In this document: positions 1-7,572 of the stretch, piece by piece
How positions within the stretch are numbered: position 1 is the first letter of the stretch
Layout: each line of letters starts with the position of its first letter
Made by a program: the position numbers and the translations under genes
Notes under the pieces: model-generated
The model's database searches: none
The model's input: only the letters and a program-made list of their open reading frames with translations
What the model was told of the DNA's origin: nothing
Source of the DNA: a virus
Taxonomy: Duplodnaviria > Caudoviricetes
DNA: 26,623 nucleotides
Strand: one strand, 5' to 3'
Virus record (IMG/VR): IMGVR_UViG_3300043414_000156
Location: 1 to 26,623 of that record

Positions 1-186
1 AGGTTTACGGCTTCAATTGTGGAGCTGGCAACGATATCGGATTTAGTAATTGGGCGGCCTTTGTGGGAAATTATTGATGACACGCAGACCGCAAACTGGC
101 AAAATATCAACAACGTGCAGTCTTCGGGCTGGACACAGATTAATGACGTCCAGAGTGCTGGATGGACACAGATCGACACGAATTAG
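1..186 (+). CDS. 3' end of a probable virion structural protein (partial, 5' truncated)
   Basis: Frame 1 is open from base 1 to TAG 184-186: RFTASIVELATISDLVIGRPLWEIIDDTQTANWQNINNVQSSGWTQINDVQSAGWTQIDTN*; the stop overlaps the GGAG SD of the next gene; not in the ORF track because it lacks a start. Confidence 0.8.
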   Translation, partial: RFTASIVELATISDLVIGRPLWEIIDDTQTANWQNINNVQSSGWTQINDVQSAGWTQIDTN

Positions 187-195
187 GAGCATTGA

Positions 196-3117
196 ATGAC
201 TACAGCATATACATCACTACTGGGATTGGCACTGCCGGTCACGGGCGAATTAAGCGGCACTTGGGGTGACACTGTAAACAACAGCATTACATCTTTGCTT
301 GATTCGGCTGTTGCCGGTACGACTAACGTCAGCACTGATGCAGATGTCACACTGACCACAACCACTGGCGCAGCAAACACAGCCCGTGAAGCCATTCTCT
401 TATTCTCAGGCGCACGTACGGCATTGCGTACGGTGACTGCTCCAGCGCAGTCAAAGATTTATACGGTTATCAACGCCACCACAGGCGGCTTCTCTGTCAA
501 GTTGGTAGGTGCTGGCCCAACGACTGGTTTGACTATTCCTAACGGCGCATCTGCTACTGTTGCTTGGAACGGCTCTGACTTTGTTGAAGTTGGTTCTGGC
601 AGTATTGGCAACCTGACTGTTAACGGCACACTGACTGTAACGGGTGCAACAACCCTGCAAAGTACACTGGCAGTAACAGGCAACATCACAAACACAGCAG
701 GTACTGCTAACGGAGTTACTTACCTGAACGGCTCTAAAGTCCTTACAAGTGGCTCTGCGCTTGTTTTTGATGGGACTAACTTAGGTATTGGTACAAGTAG
801 TCCTAGCCAGAAACTTGAAGTTGCTGGCAATATATACATCAACACAAGTGGAAATCCATACTTGCAAATCAAAACAAGTGGTGCTGGAAACAACCCATCT
901 ATTCGTATGCAAGCGGATACAAACTATTGGGATATTCAAAGCACATTTTCAAACACCAATGACGATTTGTTATTCCAATATAACGGGACTGCGCTTTTAG
1001 ATTTGGACAAGAATGGTAACCTTGGATTAGGAGTTACTCCTAGTGCTTGGGGTGGCGTATATGCCCCTGCATTTCAATTGCGTGGAGCCGCTTTATCAAG
1101 TCAATCAAATGCCAATATCACGCATCTGACGCAAAACACTTATTTCAACTCGTCAAATGCCGCAACCTACATAGCAACAGATAACGCAGTTAGATACACA
1201 CAATACCAAGGCCAACACCAATTTTTTACAGCCCCATCAGGCACAGCAGGAAACGCCATTACCTTTACTCAGGCTATGACTCTGGCGGCAAATGGAAATC
1301 TTGGAATTGGCAACACATCACCAGATACAACTTTGGCTATTGGTTCAAGTGCGGGTTCTGGTAGTAATGGCTTGGGTATTTATCTTGCCCGTGGCGCTAC
1401 AACAAATCTTTTTGAAGCCTACGATGGAACAAAATCATTTATTGCAGGAACAGATAGTTCAAATGCGTCTGTAAAAGTTGGTTCGTTGTCAAACCATCCT
1501 GTTGCTATTGTTCAAGCCAACGGAGCGGCAATTTATATTGACACTTCTAAAAATGTGGGTATTGGTACTACAAGCCCTGCTGTTAAATTAGAAATTGGGG
1601 GTACTAACCCAACCATAAACATTGGCGCAACAAATAGTGCAAGTGGTGCGGCTTTAAGTTACAACACATCAGGCAATTACTTCTCAATCAACGCTGTTAC
1701 TCAAGGTGTTGGATATAGAAACATTGCCCTTGCAAACGATGGTGGTAGTGTGGGTGTTGGCACTACAAGCCCTGCAACAAAGATTGATGCTCGTGGTGTT
1801 GTTTCTGCAATGTCTACAGGCGTTGATGGAACTTTTCAACCCGCATTCAACGCAACCTATTCAGGCGACACAACGTTCTACGGAACTATTGCCCATTCAA
1901 TGTCTTCAGCGGCATCAAGTTCGGGCTTTAGATTTCTTGGTGGTGGTACAAGCAATATTGCGGGTGCTGGAGGCCAACAAAAACTTCTTGACATCACCCG
2001 TGGCGCAACTATTTTCTATACGGGTGACACAGAACGTGCCCGCATAGATTCAAGCGGTAACTTTGGTATTGGCACTACAAGTATTTCATCAAAAGTATAC
2101 ATTGCTGGTGGCACAAACGATCAACTGCTTCGTGTTGGCAATACAAATGCTGTTGGAACTCAGTACATATCTATTTATGCCAATGGTGCTGAAGCGGTTT
2201 ACAACAGCGTAAATACTCAAAACTCTGTTTACGGAAGCCATATTTGGAATGCTACAAATAATGGTGGTACTGTAGAACGTGCCCGTATAAACTCAAGCGG
2301 TCAATTTTTAATTGGAGGAAGCAGTACTGCTGGACAAGAAAAACTTAGGGTAACAGGTACCGGTGTTGCGGGTACATCCTTTGCGGCAAGATTTAATCAA
2401 GACAATACATCTGACGGGTCTGCAACACTAATTGGTTTAAGTGTTGAAGGTTCAAACTGGTCAAAAGGTGCAATTGGTTTTGTTCGTAGAACATCATATG
2501 ACGTTGGCGATCTTGTGTTTTGCGCCAATAGCGTTACTTCTACCGCAGATGTAACACTGTCTGATGAGCGTATGCGGCTTACCTATGAGGGTAACTTGCT
2601 GGTGGGAATTACAAGTAATAATGCTTCAACACCTGTAGCTTACTTTAATTCAACTGGTAGTGGTAGCGATGGTATGTGGGTGGCTAACACTAATGTTGCA
2701 GCCGCCACTGTAGTAGTTTGGAATAAAGCCACTTCGGGTAATAATTTTTTTCAAGCCTTTTTTACAGAAACAGCTGTAAACCAAAGAGGTTCAATTACAT
2801 ACAACCGAGCAGGGGGTGTAGTTCTTTACAACACAACTTCTGACTACAGAGCAAAAGACATAAGTGGCCCTGTAACTGGTAGTGGTGCATTGATTGATTC
2901 TGTGCCTGTTTACATGGGTAAGATGAAAGGTGCGACACAAGAACGCCCAATGTTTATTGCCCACGAAACACCCGCCTATGCACATACTGGTGAAAAAGAC
3001 GCAGTAGATAAAGACGGAAATCCTGTTTATCAGCAAATGGATGCCTCTGCCCTTATCCCTGTAATGTGGGCTGAAATTCAATCACTCCGTAAACGCCTAG
3101 CAGACGCTGGCATCTAA
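196..3117 (+). CDS. Tail fibre / receptor-binding protein with C-terminal intramolecular chaperone (Peptidase S74-like)
   Basis: 973 aa, G/T/S/N-rich; repeated GN[LV]GIGTxSP and ER[AM]RIxSSG junction motifs; C-terminal TTSDYRAK...FIAHE...coiled coil matches the S-D-x-R-x-K autocleavage signature; GGAG SD. Confidence 0.9.
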   Translation: MTTAYTSLLGLALPVTGELSGTWGDTVNNSITSLLDSAVAGTTNVSTDADVTLTTTTGAANTAREAILLFSGARTALRTVTAPAQSKIYTVINATTGGFSVKLVGAGPTTGLTIPNGASATVAWNGSDFVEVGSGSIGNLTVNGTLTVTGATTLQSTLAVTGNITNTAGTANGVTYLNGSKVLTSGSALVFDGTNLGIGTSSPSQKLEVAGNIYINTSGNPYLQIKTSGAGNNPSIRMQADTNYWDIQSTFSNTNDDLLFQYNGTALLDLDKNGNLGLGVTPSAWGGVYAPAFQLRGAALSSQSNANITHLTQNTYFNSSNAATYIATDNAVRYTQYQGQHQFFTAPSGTAGNAITFTQAMTLAANGNLGIGNTSPDTTLAIGSSAGSGSNGLGIYLARGATTNLFEAYDGTKSFIAGTDSSNASVKVGSLSNHPVAIVQANGAAIYIDTSKNVGIGTTSPAVKLEIGGTNPTINIGATNSASGAALSYNTSGNYFSINAVTQGVGYRNIALANDGGSVGVGTTSPATKIDARGVVSAMSTGVDGTFQPAFNATYSGDTTFYGTIAHSMSSAASSSGFRFLGGGTSNIAGAGGQQKLLDITRGATIFYTGDTERARIDSSGNFGIGTTSISSKVYIAGGTNDQLLRVGNTNAVGTQYISIYANGAEAVYNSVNTQNSVYGSHIWNATNNGGTVERARINSSGQFLIGGSSTAGQEKLRVTGTGVAGTSFAARFNQDNTSDGSATLIGLSVEGSNWSKGAIGFVRRTSYDVGDLVFCANSVTSTADVTLSDERMRLTYEGNLLVGITSNNASTPVAYFNSTGSGSDGMWVANTNVAAATVVVWNKATSGNNFFQAFFTETAVNQRGSITYNRAGGVVLYNTTSDYRAKDISGPVTGSGALIDSVPVYMGKMKGATQERPMFIAHETPAYAHTGEKDAVDKDGNPVYQQMDASALIPVMWAEIQSLRKRLADAGI

Positions 3118-3131
3118 CTTAAAGGAAAATC

Positions 3132-3437
3132 ATGACTACATATCTTTGGACAATTCAACAGATGGACAGACTCACAGCCGATGGCTTTGTGGTCACAGTG
3201 CATTACAACGTATCCGCAACCGATGGTGATTATTCAGCATCAACCTATGGTACTTGTGGCTATACCCAAACAAGCGAGACATTCATCCCCTACGCTGATT
3301 TAACTCAGGCTATTGTAGTGGGTTGGGTGCAAGAGTCTTTGGGCAAAGACACAGTAGAAGCATCATTGCAAGGTCAAATTGACGCACAGAAAAATCCTGT
3401 GCAAGAGTCTGGTCTGCCTTGGTCTACTCAGGCTTAA
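3132..3437 (+). CDS. Small acidic tail-fibre-associated protein (possible fibre assembly factor)
   Basis: 101 aa, AAAGGA SD, immediately after the tail fibre; FIPYADLT...VVGWV and C-terminal GLPW resemble small proteins that follow fibres in aquatic phages; function inferred from position. Confidence 0.75.
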   Translation: MTTYLWTIQQMDRLTADGFVVTVHYNVSATDGDYSASTYGTCGYTQTSETFIPYADLTQAIVVGWVQESLGKDTVEASLQGQIDAQKNPVQESGLPWSTQA

Positions 3438-3442
3438 ATTAA

Positions 3443-3470
3443 CGGGAAGCCACCACCCGATCTTGGTGGC
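3443..3470 (+). promoter_or_regulatory. Candidate intergenic H-type RNA pseudoknot / hairpin just upstream of an RBS
   Basis: GCCACCA (3449-3455) pairs with TGGTGGC (3464-3470); loop CCCG (3456-3459) pairs with upstream CGGG (3443-3446); no U-tract follows; SD AAAGGA at 3476-3481. Confidence 0.55.
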
Positions 3471-3489
3471 AATTTAAAGGACATACGAA

Positions 3490-3717
3490 ATGGCAAACCA
3501 ACAGCCCCAAATCGTAACTATAGATGACGTTGAGCACAAGATTGAAGACATGACCGAGCAGCAGCAGATGTTGTTAAATCATGTGGTTGACCTTGAGCGC
3601 AAGATTGGTTCTACCAAGTTCCAGCTTGACCAACTCCAAGTGGGCAGAGATGCCTTCTTCACAATGTTAAAAACCGCTCTGGAACAGCCCGCTGTGACAG
3701 ACGTAGAACCCAAATAA
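3490..3717 (+). CDS. Small coiled-coil phage protein, unknown function
   Basis: 75 aa, AAAGGA SD; N-terminal VTIDDVEH beta-hairpin-like segment followed by a heptad-patterned helix. Confidence 0.8.
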   Translation: MANQQPQIVTIDDVEHKIEDMTEQQQMLLNHVVDLERKIGSTKFQLDQLQVGRDAFFTMLKTALEQPAVTDVEPK

Positions 3718-3732
3718 GGGGTTAGGCAATGA

Positions 3733-4020
3733 ATGATGCGCTGGTTCTCGATACTGCTCATTTCCCTAGTGTTTTGGGCAAGTGCCAAGAGTCCGTGCAT
3801 CATTTCAGATTTTTATGCGTTGAGCGCAATACATGAGCCAACCCTGCGGCACATCGAGCTTTCTCGGTGGCTGACAACAAACGGGGATTCATGCAGCTCA
3901 GAGCAGTTGGTAGGTATTTGGAACAACCTTGCTGTATGGGCGGGCGTTGCGGATAGCTCGGAGCTGAGGGCCAAGATTCTTTACTACTACTCACGAGCAG
4001 TAGATCGGGAGAAGAAATGA
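3733..4020 (+). CDS. Hypothetical exported/periplasmic protein (signal peptide)
   Basis: 95 aa; N-terminus MMRWFSILLISLVFWASA|K looks like a Sec signal with A-x-A site; two Cys in the mature part; ATGA overlap with next gene. Confidence 0.7.
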   Translation: MMRWFSILLISLVFWASAKSPCIISDFYALSAIHEPTLRHIELSRWLTTNGDSCSSEQLVGIWNNLAVWAGVADSSELRAKILYYYSRAVDREKK

Positions 4021-4256
4021 AAATTAGCTTCGACAAGTGGTACCCGATAGTCCACCCGATGGCTTCCACGCAAGCAGAAGTGTTTGTGAAAAGAATAGAA
4101 AAGCAAGATGCAGAACGCGCCTTGCAGGTGCAGATTGACAAAGAGGTGAAGAAGTTTCACCAATATGAGTACGAGATTTATGATTACAGGATGAAGCAGG
4201 TAACACTGAACATCCAGATTGCAAATTTAAAGCGTGACATTGACCAACTAGCGTAG
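4017..4256 (+). CDS. Hypothetical coiled-coil protein
   Basis: 79 aa; GGGAG SD and ATGA coupling to the upstream gene; fills the gap in the operon. Confidence 0.7.
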   Translation: MKISFDKWYPIVHPMASTQAEVFVKRIEKQDAERALQVQIDKEVKKFHQYEYEIYDYRMKQVTLNIQIANLKRDIDQLA

Positions 4257-4264
4257 GAGAAAAC

Positions 4265-4495
4265 ATGGAAGACTCAAGAAACAGACTTACATTTTGGGTG
4301 ACGTTCATGGTTAGCGCCACGCTTTGCCTGTGCATACTGGGCATGGTTAGCGCATTCCTACTCGGCCTATGGGCAAAAGAAGTGGACAATAAAGAGATTT
4401 TTGCCATGCTCAGTCCAGCATTCCAGACCATCATCGGTGGCTTCATCGGCCTCCTTGCTGGCGTTAAACTTTCACAGAACTCGGACACAAAATGA
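4265..4495 (+). CDS. Small two-TM membrane protein (lysis-cassette accessory; holin/antiholin-like)
   Basis: 76 aa; GGAG SD; hydrophobic segments LTFWVTFMVSATLCLCILGMVSAFLLGLW and FQTIIGGFIGLLAGV; ATGA overlap with the holin. Confidence 0.75.
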   Translation: MEDSRNRLTFWVTFMVSATLCLCILGMVSAFLLGLWAKEVDNKEIFAMLSPAFQTIIGGFIGLLAGVKLSQNSDTK

Positions 4496-4902
4496 TTGGA
4501 CTAGACGCACTGCTATCGGTAGGTGGCAAACTCATAGACAAGCTGATCCCCGATCCCGAAGCTAAGGCCAAGGCTCAACTCGATCTGGCTAAGATGGCAC
4601 AAGACGGTGAGCTGGCTAAGATGGCTAACGACACCAAGTTGTACGAAGTAGAGCAGACAGCCATTACAGAACGTTGGACAGCAGACATGGCGTCCGACTC
4701 TTGGCTGTCTAAAAACATCCGCCCTATGGCGTTGATTGCCATTTTTATAGCGTTCTTCTTGTTCACCATGATGAGCGCTTTTGGATACAACGCACAAGAA
4801 AGCTACGTCCAGCTTTTGGGCCAATGGGGTCAAATTATTTTCCTTGCCTACTTTGGCGGGCGCACTGTTGAAAAACTTGCTGATATGAGGTCAAAAAAAT
4901 GA
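4492..4902 (+). CDS. Holin (GTA-type 'holin of 3TMs' family-like)
   Basis: 136 aa; LIDKLIPDP N-terminus, RWxxDMxSDSWLSKNIRP motif, two clear hydrophobic helices, YFGGRTVEK basic C-terminus; coupled to the endolysin gene. Confidence 0.8.
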   Translation: MIGLDALLSVGGKLIDKLIPDPEAKAKAQLDLAKMAQDGELAKMANDTKLYEVEQTAITERWTADMASDSWLSKNIRPMALIAIFIAFFLFTMMSAFGYNAQESYVQLLGQWGQIIFLAYFGGRTVEKLADMRSKK

Positions 4903-5327
4903 AACTTACCGAGCATTTTTCTCTTGAAGAACTAACCCACACCGACCACCGTGAATATGATAATACGCCAAATGATTCAGAACTGGAAAACCTCAAACGC
5001 CTCGCAGAGTTCCTTGAGGAAGTCAAAGCTGCCTTGGGCGGAAGACCAGTCATGGTTAACTCAGCTTTTCGCTGTAAGCAAGTCAACGATGCAGTTGGTA
5101 GCCGCGACACTAGCCAGCATCGCGTTGGTTGTGCTGTGGACTTCCGAGTTCCTAAACTGACGCCCGATGAAGTAGTCAAGATAATCATTGCGGCTGGCCT
5201 GCCTTACGATCAGGTTATCCGAGAGTTTGACCGATGGACTCATGTAAGCATCCCAAACACACCGAATTCCAAGCCTAGAAACCAAGCGCTGATTATCGAC
5301 AAATCCGGCACTAGAGCTTATGCTTGA
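4899..5327 (+). CDS. Endolysin, Peptidase M15A-like Zn peptidase
   Basis: 142 aa; LTEHFSLEEL start, SAFRC..VN..VG, SQH-x6-D (SQHRVGCAVD) and WTHVS supply the H/D/H zinc ligands of the hedgehog/DD-peptidase fold; follows holin. Confidence 0.88.
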   Translation: MKLTEHFSLEELTHTDHREYDNTPNDSELENLKRLAEFLEEVKAALGGRPVMVNSAFRCKQVNDAVGSRDTSQHRVGCAVDFRVPKLTPDEVVKIIIAAGLPYDQVIREFDRWTHVSIPNTPNSKPRNQALIIDKSGTRAYA

Positions 5328-5357
5328 GGCATTACCTAATTGATGCGAAAATAAGCA

Positions 5358-7226
5358 ATGCCCTTAAAGAAACTTACCCAAAAGGCTGGTGTAAACAGAG
5401 AAAACACCCGCTATACCAATGAGAACGGATACTACGTTTCCGACAAGGTGCGGTTTCGTCAGGGTACTCCAGAAAAGATTGGCGGCTGGCAGCGTATCTC
5501 ATCGGCTATATTCCAAGGCATCTGTCGGTCATTGTGGAACTGGGTAACTCTTGGCGGCGCAAACTTACTGGGTGTTGGTACTAACCTGAAGTTTTACATT
5601 GAATCTGGCGGGGCATATAACGACATCACCCCACTGCGGAAAACAGCGGCAACTTTAGGGAATAATCCTTTCCAGACTTTTATCGGTCTTGCCACAGTTA
5701 CAGTTACTGACTCTACAGGTGGCTGGGTAAACGGAGACTTCGTCACTTTTAGCGGTGCTACGACTGTAGGTGGGCTTGATTTAAACGGTGAATATCAGAT
5801 CACCACAATTGGTACATCCACAACTACCTATCAAATTACCGCTTCTACTACGGCATCATCAAACGCAGTTGGTGGCGGAGCTTCTGTATTGGCGGCCTAT
5901 CAAGCTAATGTGGGCGCTGCTTACGAGATTCCTTTAGTTGGCTGGGGCGCTGGTGCTTGGGGTTCTGGTGCATGGGGTATTGGTACAGCCAGCGCAACCC
6001 AGATGCGTATCTGGAACCAGAATAACTTTGGTCAAGATTTGATCTTTGGCCCCAATGGTGGCCCTCTGTACATTTGGAAAGCCACAACATCATTGACCAC
6101 TCGGGGTGTTTTGATCTCCGGCTTAACAGGCGCTTCTGATGTTCCGTTATTCCAGAACCTACTGTTAGTGTCTGATGCTTCTCGCTTTACCTTTGCTTTT
6201 GGTACAAACGACTACGCAGATTCAACGCTAAATCCCATGTTGATCCGCTGGTCTGACCAAGAGGATTACTTAAACTGGACGCCATCGGCTACCAACCAAG
6301 CGGGTAGTTTGCTTTTGTCTCATGGCTCTAAGATTGTTGCCGTGATGCAGTCCCGCCAAGAGATTTTGGTATGGACAGACTCTTCCCTGTACTCTCTGCA
6401 ATACCAAGGCCCGCCCGCAGTTTGGGGTTCTCAGTTACTTGGGGATAACATTTCCTTGGCTGGGCCTAACGCTACAGCCTTGGCCTCTGGTGTTTCTTAC
6501 TGGATGGGTATTGATAAATTCTACAAATACGATGGTCGTGTACAGACCCTGCGTTGTGATTTGCGCCAGTTCGTTTATGAAGACATTAACTTGAGTCAAG
6601 CAGCTCAGATTTTTGCCTCTACTAACGAAGGCTTTAACGAAATTTGGTTCTTCTATTGTTCAGCAAACTCAATTGCTATTGACCGATACGTAACCTATAA
6701 CTACGCAGAAGATGTCTGGGCTTATGGAACAATGGCGCGTACAGCTTGGCTGGACTCTGGCCTGCGCAACTATCCAATGGCGGCAACTTATAACTACAAC
6801 GTGGTCTACCATGAGAACGGTGTAGATGACAACGCAACAGGAACAACTGCGGCAATTAACGCCATCATTGAGACTGCTGAGTTTGACATTGATGACGGGG
6901 ATAAGTTTGGTTTTGTCTGGAGGATCCTGCCGGACATTACATTTAGGGGGTCTACAATTGACTCACCACAAGTCACAATGACTTTGATCCCTATGCAAAA
7001 CTCTGGTTCGGGATACAACAACCCTATTTCTTTAGGCGGTAACTCAGACGCTACGATTGTTCGCACGGCAACTGTGCCAATTGAGAAGTTTACTGGTCAG
7101 GTCTATATCAGGGTGCGCGGTCGCCAGATGATTCTTAAAGTGGAATCCAATCAGATCGGATGCACATGGCAACTTGGTTCGCCGCGTTTGGACATTCGTC
7201 AAGATGGACGTAGGGGTAACTCATGA
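5358..7226 (+). CDS. Tail structural protein, probable nozzle / packaged-DNA stabilisation protein (tail tubular B or P22 gp10-like beta-propeller)
   Basis: 622 aa, beta-rich with IRWSDQED..NW, ILVWTD, FYKYDGRV..L.C and EIWFFY propeller-like blades; WGAGAWGSGAWG stretch; lies just before the internal virion genes; exact family is inference. Confidence 0.7.
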   Translation: MPLKKLTQKAGVNRENTRYTNENGYYVSDKVRFRQGTPEKIGGWQRISSAIFQGICRSLWNWVTLGGANLLGVGTNLKFYIESGGAYNDITPLRKTAATLGNNPFQTFIGLATVTVTDSTGGWVNGDFVTFSGATTVGGLDLNGEYQITTIGTSTTTYQITASTTASSNAVGGGASVLAAYQANVGAAYEIPLVGWGAGAWGSGAWGIGTASATQMRIWNQNNFGQDLIFGPNGGPLYIWKATTSLTTRGVLISGLTGASDVPLFQNLLLVSDASRFTFAFGTNDYADSTLNPMLIRWSDQEDYLNWTPSATNQAGSLLLSHGSKIVAVMQSRQEILVWTDSSLYSLQYQGPPAVWGSQLLGDNISLAGPNATALASGVSYWMGIDKFYKYDGRVQTLRCDLRQFVYEDINLSQAAQIFASTNEGFNEIWFFYCSANSIAIDRYVTYNYAEDVWAYGTMARTAWLDSGLRNYPMAATYNYNVVYHENGVDDNATGTTAAINAIIETAEFDIDDGDKFGFVWRILPDITFRGSTIDSPQVTMTLIPMQNSGSGYNNPISLGGNSDATIVRTATVPIEKFTGQVYIRVRGRQMILKVESNQIGCTWQLGSPRLDIRQDGRRGNS

Positions 7227-7570
7227 GTTTGATTATTACTTCTAAATTTCAGCTTCAACAAGTTGAGCCGCCAGCTCTTCCACTAGCCACGCCCGCTTAT
7301 AACGAGCAGTATCAGAATCAGTTGAATAACATTTTGCGTCTGTACTTTAATCGTTTGCAGAACATCATTAAGCAGCTTGAATCTAATGGTATTCAGCCAC
7401 CGCTGACAAACTATACGGTGGCTACACTGCCATTTGCTTCTGTTTCTGGGAAAGGCGCACGGGCTTTTGTAACTGATGCCTTGGCCCCCGTATTTGGGTC
7501 TACAGTAGTGACTGGCGGCGCTGTCGCAGTCCCTGTATATTCTGACGGAACTAATTGGAAGGTTGGATAA
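7223..7570 (+). CDS. Small virion protein (N-terminal coiled coil plus C-terminal knob; tail needle/short-fibre-like)
   Basis: 115 aa; ATGA-coupled to the previous gene; helix QLNNILRLYFNRL then YTVATLP...GARAFVTDA...PVYSDGTNW beta-knob pattern. Confidence 0.7.
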   Translation: MSLIITSKFQLQQVEPPALPLATPAYNEQYQNQLNNILRLYFNRLQNIIKQLESNGIQPPLTNYTVATLPFASVSGKGARAFVTDALAPVFGSTVVTGGAVAVPVYSDGTNWKVG

Positions 7571-7572
7571 AT

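Noticed and set aside
3449-3475. Hairpin as an intrinsic terminator
   Set aside because: Followed by AATTT and an SD rather than a U-tract
3432-3530. Stop read-through or frameshift fusing 3132-3437 to 3490-3717 via the pseudoknot or TTTAAAG
   Set aside because: The downstream gene's frame has TAA at 3475-3477; read-through and -1 frames stop within about 30 codons; the downstream gene has its own SD
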